A stretch of 64,000 nt of DNA from Antedon mediterranea (lineage: Eukaryota > Animalia > Echinodermata). Positions 52,298 to 64,000 of this stretch are shown piece by piece (position 1 is the first letter of the stretch; the number at the start of each line of letters is the position of its first letter). The stretch lies in assembly GCF_964355755.1 (NCBI RefSeq), contig NC_092679.1, positions 9,702,201 through 9,766,200 of the forward strand. Direction: 5' to 3'. The notes below the pieces were generated by a model that searched no databases, was not told the origin of the DNA, and saw nothing but the letters and a program-made list of their open reading frames with translations. The translations under genes and the position numbers were made by a program.

Positions 52298-53780
52298 CTA
52301 GATGGCACGCTCGCTTCGCTCGCGTACCATCTAGGTCGTGCCCACAGATGGTTCTCGAATACACAGTATTTCCAGCGAGAAAAAAATGGAGATTTCAAAT
52401 GTACGTACCGCAGGACTATAATACATTGTCGTTTACAGAGACGAATAAATATACACAATGATTTATGTAATCAACCAAAATTAGCACCCTGAGAATTACT
52501 TCCGAGAGAGAAACAAAATGAGTCAAAATTTTTTATTTGGACTCATTTAAACAAACCCAATTTGTGTTTTGTATGTAACATTAAGGGTTGAGGGATGGGG
52601 GAGGAAGATAGGTACAAAGAGGAAACATTTTAAAATATATTCTTATCCACCACTCAGTAACGAAATATTGTTTTTAATGTTTTATAGGCCTATAAATAAT
52701 ATACCACTAAATACAGTAAAACATTTACGATTTAATACGGTACTTTGTTAAAAACTCTCACTGTCATAGTCGATTGAAATAGTAAAGTACATGTAACGAT
52801 ACACCACTACGACGTTTATATAGTTTTAAATTATTAATTAATACAAACGTTGAGAAGCAACTGTCAGTAATAACGTTTATTTATTTGTATATTATATGTT
52901 TATAATCTAACAGTAGGGCCTACCCACACTCACAGTAATAAAGTTTATTTGTAATACCTTAACAGTATTGTACAGCATTGCAATACTATTTATGTTTATT
53001 CTCCAAGGGGGCCCATAAATCTAAATCTATACCTCTATGGTTAAACCAAATAATTTGGAATGTTTATTTGTATATTATATGTTTATAATCTAACAGTAGG
53101 GCCTACCCACACTCACAGTAATAAAGTTTATTTGTATATATTTTTATATTACATCTAACAGTACCGACACTCACAGTAAGACATTTGCGATTCAAATTGC
53201 GATCAAAAGTGGTTAATACCTTAACAGTATTGTACAGCATTGCAATACTATTTATGTTTATTCTCCAAGGAGGCCCATAAATCTAAATCTATACCTGTAT
53301 GGTTAAACCAAATAATTTGGAATGTTCCATTCATCACAAATCAATACATTTGTAAAAACGTATATTAAATGTATCAAAATAGTATTTTTTAAAGAAAATC
53401 GGCCTGTCTTCAACATTATGATGCTGTACTCGAACTGTTCAACCGGTTTTTAGCTATTAAAAACAATTATCGTAGGAGGAGATAGAAAAATGCGAAGCCT
53501 CCTCGCATTTTTGTGGCGGGTATTTTTCAAGATGGACATCCATTAGACAGTGTATACCACGATCGGAAAACACCCCTATTTGGGGCAAATCTTTGAACCT
53601 AAATTCGTTTTAATCGTCAATAACTAATTATCTAACTTAATTTAATTAGTAAACAGGGTTAAATCAGGTGGTTAAAATCAGTACCGAAAGTACGAACCAA
53701 CTTTACATACCATCGAGTAAAAATTCTAAAAGTAAGGCGCGATTTACCGAATTTTGCCCTTACGTAAATTTATATATAGA
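52298..53780 (-). mobile_element. Non-autonomous Helitron, ~1.48 kb
   Basis: Minus strand begins A|TCTATATATAAA at 53780 and ends CGCGAGCGAAGCGAGCG-TGCCAT-CTAG|T at 52298: canonical TC...hairpin-CTAG between A and T. Confidence 0.75.
52875..53327. repeat. Interleaved internal duplications inside the Helitron
   Basis: TTTATTTGTATATTATATG...CCCACACTCACAGTAA repeated at ~52880 and ~53063; AATACCTTAACAG...GGAATGTT repeated at ~52953 and ~53216. Confidence 0.85.
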
Positions 53781-54635
53781 TTCTGTGACATAAAATTTGC
53801 ATTTTCAATAATATAAAACAACTTTTATACAATTCAAAAATCTGAAATTTCCAATTTGGTGTAAAACAATTTATGATGTGTCAACTTATGTTGCAATAGG
53901 ATTGCAATTTACTGTGGAATGTCTCTATATTCTAATAAAGTTTAGCTGATTGTACTGTACAGTGTAAGAGTAAGACAATGAATTATAATTCTTTTGTATT
54001 TACAAAAAAAATGGAATTCATTGTTTCTAAACAAATTAACATTTGGTACCTGCACATTTTAGCTGATTGTACTGTAAGACAATGAATTCTAATTCTTTTG
54101 TATTACAAATAAACTATATTATAAAAGAAATGGAATTCTTTATTTCTAAACCAATTAACCTGTTTGGTACCAGCAAATTTAAGCATGGGAAAAAATGTAA
54201 TAATTGATCATTAACAGAATCACGTGGGAAATATAAACTTTTATATGCAAAAAGCCCAATGGAATAGAAAGCACATTGAAATGACAAATCAAAATGTAAA
54301 ACTAGATTTAATTCGTCATTATGACAAATTATAGGTTTATGCATTGATTTAAATAAAGATAATTTTTGAAAGATATATTGATTGATTGATTTTCTCATAA
54401 TCTTTAATTATTTTGATATATTATAGGATCTTGCTAACGAGAATACAATAGCCGGTATCACAAGCCGATCAAAGATCCCTCTGCGTATAATGTCATAAAC
54501 CACATTGTTACATAAGTAATGAAGACATTACTTACATTTTATATAGATTTCATTATAAATTATGTGTATATTATAATCTATACACTAAAAAATAAATTGA
54601 ACAAACAATACGGATAATAAAAAAAATCTTATTTC

Positions 54636-54706
54636 GTTTCCCAAGGTGAGACTCGATCTCGGTACCTTGTGTGCCATAGACACGAGCACAGACCAGTGAC
54701 TAGACT
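54636..54706 (-). other. Degenerate tRNA-like remnant
   Basis: Minus strand TAGTCACTGG ... GAGATCGAGTCTCACCTTGGG resembles A and B boxes; poor cloverleaf. Confidence 0.3.
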
Positions 54707-54857
54707 AGGCTAGTTAGTAGAGGCCGCTAGAGTCTAGAGGCCAGTCTATAGCTAGGCCTAGCTAGGCTCTTGTCTAGGCGGTACTAGCTAGGCCTAAACC
54801 AGGCCTACTACTACTACTACTAGCCTAGCCTACTTACTAGCTAGGCCTAGCCTAGAG
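54698..54857. repeat. Low-complexity CTAG/AGGCCT palindromic tract
   Basis: Iterated CTAGGCCTAG, CTAG and (CTA)n. Confidence 0.8.
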
Positions 54858-55096
54858 TGCACACATCGTTATAAATCAATAATATTAATAATAGTAATAC
54901 GTACCTTTTTCTTTGTTCAAGCGGTTGACGTTATTTTTCTTTAGGCCTGTTGTCATTTGAAGGATTGTTTTGTTTATTCCGAAAATCATTGAACTTTGAT
55001 CCCCATCTTCACCATAACAAAATGTTTCTTTCATCAGTCGTCGTTGACGTGACGCGTCATCATCACATCCTAACGCATCAACAATCGGGGAAGTAC

Positions 55097-55312
55097 GGAG
55101 CTTTGCGTCGGAAAACTCTCTAGAGTCACGAGAGAGAGTTAGCCTGGTAAACTTTACATTGGGAGGATAGGAAATGGAGCTTTGCGTCCGCAAACTCTCC
55201 AGAGTCACGAGAGAGTTAGCCTGCTAAACTTTACATTGGGAGAATAGGAAATGGAGCTTTGCGTCCGCAAACTCTCCAGAGTCACGAGAGAGTTTAGCCT
55301 GCTAAACTTTAC
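55097..55312. repeat. Subterminal tandem repeat, ~77-79 bp x 2.8
   Basis: GGAGCTTTGCGTC..AAACTCTC.AGAGTCACGAGAGAG.TTAGCCTG.TAAACTTTAC starting at 55097, 55176 and 55253. Confidence 0.92.
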
Positions 55313-55723
55313 CGGAAGTCGATCGTTCCACCTGAACGATTTTCTATACAAAGCATACAGCATGGGCATGGCATTGTACTGGTAGGTGGGGTAAAGACAA
55401 CAGATTGAACAGCGTTTGTTTTCTAAGGTCTTGGCTCCAAGGAAATTAAATACATCTCTAACTTTCAAAATTCGTTCTATTTGACAGATTTTTAAAAATC
55501 AAAGATAAATATGTATGTTTTAAATACTTCTGAACACATTTATCTCGTTTAAAGTGATAAAATATGTTTCTGAAAAAAGTTAGGATATGTTGTAAAAACT
55601 TGTAGTACACATGTTATCAGTTGATTAATCTATTATGTAAACATTGCTAATTACTTGTGCAAATAAAGTATAGCAGGATACCTGCTATAATTTAGCAATT
55701 TTGACTGGTGACTCTACTTGTAA

Positions 55724-58700
55724 TACACTTTGATGTTTTGTGTGAAAATTTTCTGTCGAAATGCTCAAAATGGTCAAAAACGTTTTTAAATACGATATTA
55801 AGCTACTTTGTGCTCTTTGATGTTTTTGTGTGAAAAGTTTTATCGAAATGCTCAAAATGGTCTAAAACGGTTTCTAATGTGATTTCAAGAACTTTGATGT
55901 TTTTGTGTAACCAAGTTTTTCGAAAATCACAAAATTGTCTAAAACGTCTCCAAATGCGATTTGAAGCTATTCTGTACACTTTGATGTTTTTATGTTAACA
56001 AGTTTTTTCGAAAATCACAAAATGGTCTAAAACGACTCCAAATGCGATTTGAAGCTATTCTGTATACTTTGGTGTTTTTATGTTAACAAGTTTTTTCGAA
56101 AATCACAAAATGGTCTAAAACATCTAGAAATGCGATTTGAAGCTATTCTGTACACTTTGATGTTTTTATGTTAACAAGTTTTTTCGAAAATCACAAAATG
56201 GTCTAAAACGTCTCCAAATGCGATTTGAAGCTATTCTGTACACTTTGATGTTTTTATGTTAACAAATTTTTTCAAAAATCACAAAATGGTCTAAAACGTC
56301 TACAAATGCGATTTGAAGCTATTCTGTACACTTTGATGTTTTTATGTTAACAAGTTTTTTCGAAAATCACAAAATGGTCTAAAACGTCTACAAATGCGAT
56401 TTGAAGCTATTCTAAGCACTTTTGTGTTTTTATGTTAACAAGTTTTTTCGAAAATCACAAAATGGTCTAAAACGTCTGCAAATGCGATTTGAAGCTATTC
56501 TTAGCACATTGGTGTTTTTATTTAAACAAATTTTTTCGAAACTCACAAAATGGTCTAAAACGTCTCGAAATGCGATTTGAAGCTATTCTGTACACTTTGA
56601 TGTTTTTATGGTAACAAGTTTTTTAGAAAATCACAAAATGGTCTAAAACATCTCCAAATGCGATTTAAAGCTATTTTAAGCACTTTTGTGTTTTTGTGTA
56701 ACAAAGTTTTTTCGAAAATCACAAAAGGGTCTAAAATGTCTCTAAATGCGATTTGAAGCTACTCTAAGCACTTTGGTGTTTTTATGTTAACAAGTTTTTT
56801 CGAAAATCACAAAATGGTCTAAAATGTCTCCAAATGCGATTTGAAGCTATTCTGTACACTTTGATGTTTTTATGTTAACAAATTTTTTCAAAAATCACAA
56901 AATGGTCTAAAACGTCTACAAATGCGATTTGAAGCTATTCTGTACACTTTGATGTTTTTATGTTAACAAGTTTTTTCGAAAATCACAAAATGGTCTAAAA
57001 CGTCTACAAATGCGATTTGAAGCTATTCTAAGCACTTTTGTGTTTTTATGTTAACAAGTTTTTTCGAAAATCACAAAATGGTCTAAAACGTCTGCAAATG
57101 CGATTTGAAGCTATTCTTAGCACATTGGTGTTTTTATTTAAACAAATTTTTTCGAAACTCACAAAATGGTCTAAAACGTCTCGAAATGCGATTTGAAGCT
57201 ATTCTGTACACTTTGATGTTTTTATGGTAACAAGTTTTTTAGAAAATCACAAAATGGTCTAAAACATCTCCAAATGCGATTTAAAGCTATTTTAAGCACT
57301 TTTGTGTTTTTGTGTAACCAAGTTTTTTCGAAAATCACAAAAGGGTCTAAAATGTCTCTAAATGCGATTTGAAGCTACTCTAAGCACTTTGGTGTTTTTA
57401 TGTTAACAAGTTTTTTCGAAAATCACAAAATGGTCTAAAATGTCTCCAAATGCGATTTGAAGCTATTCTGTACACTTTGCTGTTTTGTGTGAAAAATGTT
57501 TGTCGAAATCCTCAAAATGGTCAAAAACGTTTTTAAATACGAAATTAAGCTATTTTGTGCTCTTTGATGTTTTTGTGTGAAAAGTTTTATCGAAATACTC
57601 CAAAATGGTCTAAAACGGTTTCTAATGTGATTTTAAGCCCTTTGATGTTTTTGTGTAACCAAGTTTTTTCGAAAATCACAAAATGGTCTAAAATGTCTCC
57701 AAATGCGATTTGAAGCTATTCTAAGCACTTTGGTGTTTTTATGGAAACAATTTTTTTCGAAAATCACAAAATGGTCTAAAACGTCTCCAAATGCGATTTG
57801 AAGCTATTCTATACACTTTGATGTTTTTATTTTAACAAGTTTTTTCGAAAATCACAAAAGGGTCTAAAATGTCTCGAAATGCGATTTGAAGCTATTCTAA
57901 GCACTTTGGTGTTTTTATGTTAACAAGTTTTTTCGAAAATCACAAAATGGTCTAAAACGTCTCCAAATGCGATTTGAAGCTATTCTAAGCACTTTGGTGT
58001 TTTTATGTTAACAAGTTTTTTCGAAAATCACAAAATGGTCTAAAACGTCTCCAAATGCGATTTGAAGCTATTCTAAGCACTTTTGTGTTTTTATGTTAAC
58101 AAGTTTTTTCGAAAATCACAAAATGGTCTAAAACGTCTCCAAATGCGATTTTAAGCTATTTTAAGCACTTTGGTGCTTTTGTGTAACCAAGTTTTTTCGA
58201 AAATCACGAAATGGTCTAAAACGTCTCCAAATGCGATTTGAAGCTATTCTTAGCACATTGGTGTTTTTATTTACCCAAATTTTTTCGAAACTCACAAAAT
58301 GGTCTAAAACGTCTCCAAATGCGATTTGAAGCTATTTTAAGCACTTTGGTGTTTTTGTGTTAACAAGTTTTTCGAAATGCTCAAAATGGTCTAAAACGTT
58401 TTTAAACACGATATTAAGCTATTTTGTGCTCTTTGATGTTTTTTTGTGAAAAGTTTTAGCGAAATGCTCAAAATGGTCTAAAACGATTTCTAATGTGATT
58501 TTAAGCACTTTGATGTTTTTATGTTAACTAGTTTTTTCGAAAATCACAAAATGGTCTAAAACGTCCCCAAATGCGATTTGAAGCTATTTTAAGCACTTTG
58601 GTGCTTTTGTGTAACCAAGTTTTTTCGAAAATCACAAAAGGGTCTAAAATGTCTCCAAATGTGATTTGAAGCTATTTTAAGCACTTTGGTGTTATTGTGT

Positions 58701-61700
58701 TAACAAGTTTTTCGAAAATCACAAAATTGTCTAAAACGTCTCCAAATGCGATTTGAAGCTATTCTGTACACTTTGATGTTTTTATGTTAACAAGTTTTTT
58801 AGAAAATCACAAAATGGTCTAAAATGTCTCCAAATGCGATTTGAAGCTATTTTAAGCACTTTGGTGCTTTTGTGTAACCAAGTTTTTTCGAAAATCACAA
58901 AAGGGTCTAAAATGTCTAAACATGCGATTTGAAGCTATTCTAAGCACTTTTGTGTTTTTATGTTAACAAGTTTTTTCGAAAATCACAAAATGTTCTAAAA
59001 CGTTTCCAAATGCGATTTGAAGCTATTCTGTACACTTTGATGTTTTGTGTGAAAATTTTCTGTCGAAATGCTCAAAATGGTCAAAAACGTTTTTAAATAC
59101 GATATTAAGCTACTTTGTGCTCTTTGATGTTTTTTGTGAAATGTTTTATCGAAATGCTCAAAATGGTCTAAAACGGTTTCTAATGTGATTTCAAGCACTT
59201 TGATGTTTTTGTGTAACCAAGTTTTTCGAAAATCACAAAATTGTCTAAAACGTCTCCAAATGCGATTTGAAGCTTTTCTGTACACTTTGATGTTTTTATG
59301 TTAACAAGTTTTTCGAAAATCACAAAATGGTCTAAAACGTCTCCAAATGCGATTTTAAGCTATTCTAAGCACTTTGGTGTTTTTATGTTAACAAGTTTTT
59401 TTGAAAATCACAAAATGGTCTAAAACGTCTCTAAATGCGATTTGAAGCTTTTCTGTACACTTTGATGTTTTTATGTTTACAACTTTTTTCGAAAATCACA
59501 AAATGGTCTAAAATGTCTCCAAATGCGATTTGAAGCTATTCTAAGCACTTTGGTGTTTTTATGGAAACAATTTTTTTCGAAAATCACAAAAGGGTCTAAA
59601 GCGTCTCCAATAGCGATTTGAAGCTTTTCTGTACACTTTGGTGTTTTTATGTTAACAAGTTTTTTCGAAAATCAGAAAATGGTCTAAAACGTCTCCAAAT
59701 GCGATTTGAAGCTATTCTAAGCACTTTGGTGTTTTTATGTTAACAAGTTTTTTCGAAAATCACAAAACGGTCTAAAACGTCTCCAAATGCGATTTGAAGC
59801 TATTCTGTACACTTTGATGTTTTTATGTTAACAAGTTTTTTCAAAAATCACAAAATGGTCTAAAACGTTTCCAAATGCGATTTGAAGCTATTCTGTACAC
59901 TTTGATGTTTTGTGTGAAAATTTTCTGTCGAAATGCTCAAAATGGTCAAAAACGTTTTTAAATACGATATTAAGCTACTTTGTGCTCTTTGATGTTTTTG
60001 TCTGAAATGTTTTATCGAAATGCTCAAAATGGTCTAAAACGGTTTCTAATGTGATTTCAAGCACTTTGATGTTTTTGTGTAACCAAGTTTTTCGAAAAAC
60101 ACAAAATTGTCTAAAACGTCTCCAAATGCGATTTGAAGCTATTTTAAGCACTTTGATGTTTTTATGTTAACAAGTTTTTCGAAAATCACAAAATGGTCTA
60201 AAACGTCTCCAAATGCGATTTGAAGCTATTCTGTACACTTTGGTGTTTTTATGTTAACAAGTTTTTTCGAAAATCACAAAATGGTCTAAAACGTCTCCAA
60301 ATGCGATTTGAAGCTATTCTGTACACTTTGCTGTTTTGTGTGAAAAATGTTTGTCGAAATCCTCAAAATGGTCAAAAACGTTTTTAAATACGATATTAAG
60401 CTATTTTGTGCTCTTTGATGTTTTTGTGTGAAAAGTTTTATCGAAATGCTCAAAATGGTCTAAAACGGTTTCTAATGTGATTTTAAGCACTTTGATGTTT
60501 TTGTGGAACCAAGTTTTTTCGAAAATCACAAAATGGTCTAAAACGTCTCCAAATGTGATTTGAAGCTATTCTAAGCACTTTGGTGTTTTTATGTTAACAG
60601 TTTTTTCGAAAATCACAAAATGGTCTAAAACGTCTCCAAATGCGATTTGAAGCTATTCTGTACACTTTGATGTTTTTATGGTAACAAGTTTTTTAGAAAA
60701 TCACAAAATGGTCTAAAACATCTCCAAATGCGATTTAAATCTATTTTAAGCACTTTTGTGTTTTTGTGTAACCAAGTTTTTTCGAAAATCACAAAAGGGT
60801 CTAAAATGTCTCTAAATGAGATTTAAGCTACTCTAAGCACTTTGGTGTTTTTATGTTAACAAGTTTTTTTCGAAAATCACAAAATGGTCTAAAATGTCTC
60901 CAAATGCGATTTGAAGCTATTCTGTACACTTTGCTGTTTTGTGTGAAAAATGTTTGTCGAAATCCTCAAAATGGTCAAAAACGTTTTTAAATACGATATT
61001 AAGCTATTTTGTGCTCTTTGATGTTTTTGTGTGAAAAGTTTTATCGAAATACTCCAAAATGGTCTAAAACGGTTTCTAATGTGATTTTAAGCACTTTGAT
61101 GTTTTTGTGTAACCAAGTTTTTTCGAAAATCACAAAATGGTCTAAAATGTCTCCAAATGCGATTTGAAGCTATTCTAAGCACTTTGGTGTTTTTATGGAA
61201 ACAATTTTTTTCGAAAATCACAAAATGGTCTAAAACGTCTCCAATAGCGATTTGAAGCTTTTCTGTACACTTTGGTGTTTTTATGTTAACAAGTTTTTTC
61301 GAAAATCACAAAATGGTCTAAAACGTCTCCAAATGCGATTTGAAGCTATTCTGTACACTTTGATGTTTTTATGTTAACAAGTTTTTTAGAAAATCACAAA
61401 ATGGTCTAAAATGTCTCGAAATGCGATTTGAAGCTATTCTAAGCACTTTGGTGTTTTTATGTTAACAAGTTTTTTCGAAAATCACAAAATGGTCTAGAAC
61501 GTCTCCAAATGCGATTTGAAGCTATTTTAAGCACTTTGGTGCTTTTGTGTAACCAAGTTTTTTCGAAAATCACGAAATGGTCTAAAACGTCTCCAAATGC
61601 GATTTGAAGCTATTCTAAGCACTTTGGTGTTTTTACGTTAACAAGTTTTTTCGAAAATCACAAAATGGTCTAAAACGTCTCCAAATGCGATTTGAAGCTA

Positions 61701-63975
61701 TTCTAAGCACTTTGGTGTTTTTATGTTAACAAGTTTTTTTGAAAATCACAAATTGGTCTAAAACGTCTCCAAATGCGATTTGAAGCTATTTAAAGCACTT
61801 TGGTGTTTTTGTGTTAACAAGTTTTTTCGAAAATCACAAAAGGGTCTAAAATGTCTAAACATGCGATTTGAAGCTATTCTAAGCACTTTGGTGTTTTTAT
61901 GTTAACAAGTTTTTTCGAAAATCACAAAATGGTCTAAAACGTCTCCAAATGCGATTTAAAGCTATTTTAAGCACTTTTGTGTTTTTGTGTAACCAAGTTT
62001 TTTCGAAAATCACAAAAGGGTCTAAAATGTCTGTAAATGCGATTTGAAGCTATTTAAAGCACTTTGGTGTTTTTAGGTTAACAAGTTTTTTCGAAAATCA
62101 CAAAATGGTCTAAAACGTCTACAAATGCGATTTGAAGCTTTTCTAAGCACTTTTGTGTTTTTATGTTAACAAGTTTTTTCGAAAATCACAAAATGGTCTA
62201 GAACGTCTCCAAATGCGATTTGAAGCTATTTTAAGCACTTTGGTGCTTTTGTGTAACCAAGTTTTTTCGAAAATCACGAAATGGTCTAAAACGTCTCCAA
62301 ATGCGATTTGAAGCTATTCTAAGCACTTTGGTGTTTTTACGTTAACAAGTTTTTTCGAAAATCACAAAATGGTCTAAAACGTCTCCAAATGCGATTTGAA
62401 GCTATTCTAAGCACTTTGGTGTTTTTATGTTAACAAGTTTTTTTGAAAATCACAAATTGGTCTAAAACGTCTCCAAATGCGATTTGAAGCTATTTAAAGC
62501 ACTTTGGTGTTTTTGTGTTAACAAGTTTTTTCGAAAATCACAAAAGGGTCTAAAATGTCTAAACATGCGATTTGAAGCTATTCTAAGCACTTTGGTGTTT
62601 TTAGGTTAACAAGTTTTTTCGAAAATCACAAAATGGTCTAAAACGTCTACAAATGCGATTTGAAGCTTTTCTAAGCACTTTTGTGTTTTTATGTTAACAA
62701 GTTTTTTCGAAAATCACAAAATGGTCTAAAACGTATCCAAATGCGATTTGAAGCTATTCTAAGCACTTTTGTGTTTTTGTGTTAACAAGTTTTTCGAAAA
62801 TCACAAAATTGTCTAAAACGTCTCCAAATGCGATTTGAAGCTATTCTGTACACTTTGATGTTTTTATGTTAAAAAGTTTTTTCGAAAATCACAAAAGGCT
62901 CTAAAATGTCTCCAAATGCGATTTGAAGCTATTCTAAGCACTTTGGTGTTTTTATGTTAACAAGTTTTTTCGAAAATCACAAAACGGTCTAAAACGTCTC
63001 CAAATGCGATTTGAAGCTATTCTGTACACTTTGGTGTTTTTATGTTAACAAGTTTTTTCAAAAATCACAAAATGGTCTAAAACGTTTCCAAATGCGATTT
63101 GAAGCTATTCTGTACACTTTGATGTTTTGTGTAAAAATTTTCTGTCGAAATGCTCAAAATGGTCAAAAACGTTTTTAAATACGATATTAAGCTACTTTGT
63201 GCTCTTTGATGTTTTTGTGTGAAAAGTTTTATCGAAATGCTCAAAATGGTCTAAAACGGTTTCTAATGTGATTTCAAGCACTTTGATGTTTTTGTGTAAC
63301 CAAGTTTTTCGAAAATCACAAAATTGTCTAAAACGTCTCCAAATGCGATTTGAAGCTATTCTGTACACTTTGATGTTTTTATGTTAACAAGTTTTTTCGA
63401 AAATCACAAAAGAGTCTAAAATATCTCGAAATGCGATTTGAAGCTATTCTAAGCACTTTGATGTTTTTATGTTAACAAGTTTTTTCGAAATCACAAAATG
63501 GTCTAAAATGTCTCCAAATGCGATTTGAAGCTAATCTTAGCACATTGGTGTTTTTATGTTAACAAGTTTTTTCGAAAATCACAAAATGGTCTAAAACGAC
63601 TCCAAATGCGATTTGAAGCTATTCTGTATACTTTGGTGTTTTTTTGTTAACAAGTTTTTTCGAAAATCACAAAATGGTCTAAAACGTCTCCAAATGCGAT
63701 TTGAAGCTATTCTGTACACTTTGGTGTTTTTATGTTAACAAGTTTTTTTCGAAAATCACAAAATGGTCTAAAACGTCTAGAAATGCGATTTGAAGCTTTT
63801 CTGTACACTTTGATGTTTTTATGTTAAGTTTTTTCGAAAATCACAAAATGGTCTAAAACGTTTCCAAATGCGATTTGAAGCTATTCTGTACACTTTGATG
63901 TTTTTATGTTAACAAGTTTTTTCAAAAATCACAAAATGGTCTAAAACGTTTCCAAATGCGATTTGAAGCTATTCT
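55724..63975. repeat. 88-bp satellite array, block 5
   Basis: Same monomer; 616-bp (7-mer) and 704-bp (8-mer) local duplications. Confidence 0.98.
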
Positions 63976-64000
63976 CATTACAAGTAGAGTCACCAGTGAA
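63976..64000. mobile_element. Left end of a second copy of the 20-bp-TIR element
   Basis: ATTCT|CATTACAAGTAGAGTCACCAGTGAA matches 49043-49067 except CA vs CG; same satellite position. Confidence 0.88.

Larger units (their letters stand above)
49043..55723. mobile_element. Unclassified 6.7-kb non-autonomous element with 20-bp terminal inverted repeats
   Basis: TTACAAGTAGAGTCACCAGT (49045-49064) and its exact reverse complement (55704-55723). Satellite resumes in register (ATTCT|...|TACAC). No TSD and no recognisable transposase. Confidence 0.85.

Noticed and set aside
54885-55468. 107-aa and 87-aa ORFs sharing TLESLRTQSSISY
   Set aside because: Translations of the ~77-bp tandem repeat; unit length is not a multiple of three
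16126-59285. Identical 96-aa ORFs (16126, 17079, 58995) and ORFs at 39504 and 41337
   Set aside because: Chance open frames in duplicated satellite blocks; no coding signature
14612-63975. CRISPR-like array
   Set aside because: Head-to-tail monomers without unique spacers, no cas genes, eukaryotic TE context

Overview
Eukaryotic (probably marine-invertebrate) heterochromatin-like window with no host genes. About 37 kb is an AT-rich satellite with an 88-bp monomer, a recurrent divergent two-monomer cassette and local 7- to 11-mer higher-order repeats. Four insertions interrupt it. (1) A Bel/Pao LTR retrotransposon (793-14611) with apparently identical 265-bp LTRs and a GTGTT TSD; its PBS position is complementary to its own LTR, suggesting self-priming. 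Nested in it is an apparently full-length L1/Tx1 element (5391-12072) with a twin-priming-type 5.8-kb inversion. (2) A single-ORF L2-like LINE (22481-26082). (3) A Mag-like Gypsy element with an internal deletion but an intact TSD (26651-29518). (4) A 6.7-kb element with 20-bp TIRs and no TSD (49043-55723), carrying a decayed Cys-protease-like reading frame, a tRNA-derived Deu/Nin-like SINE and a non-autonomous Helitron; a second copy starts at the window end. Three of the four insertions sit at the same boundary of the divergent satellite cassette. All alignments were done by eye and no database searches were run.
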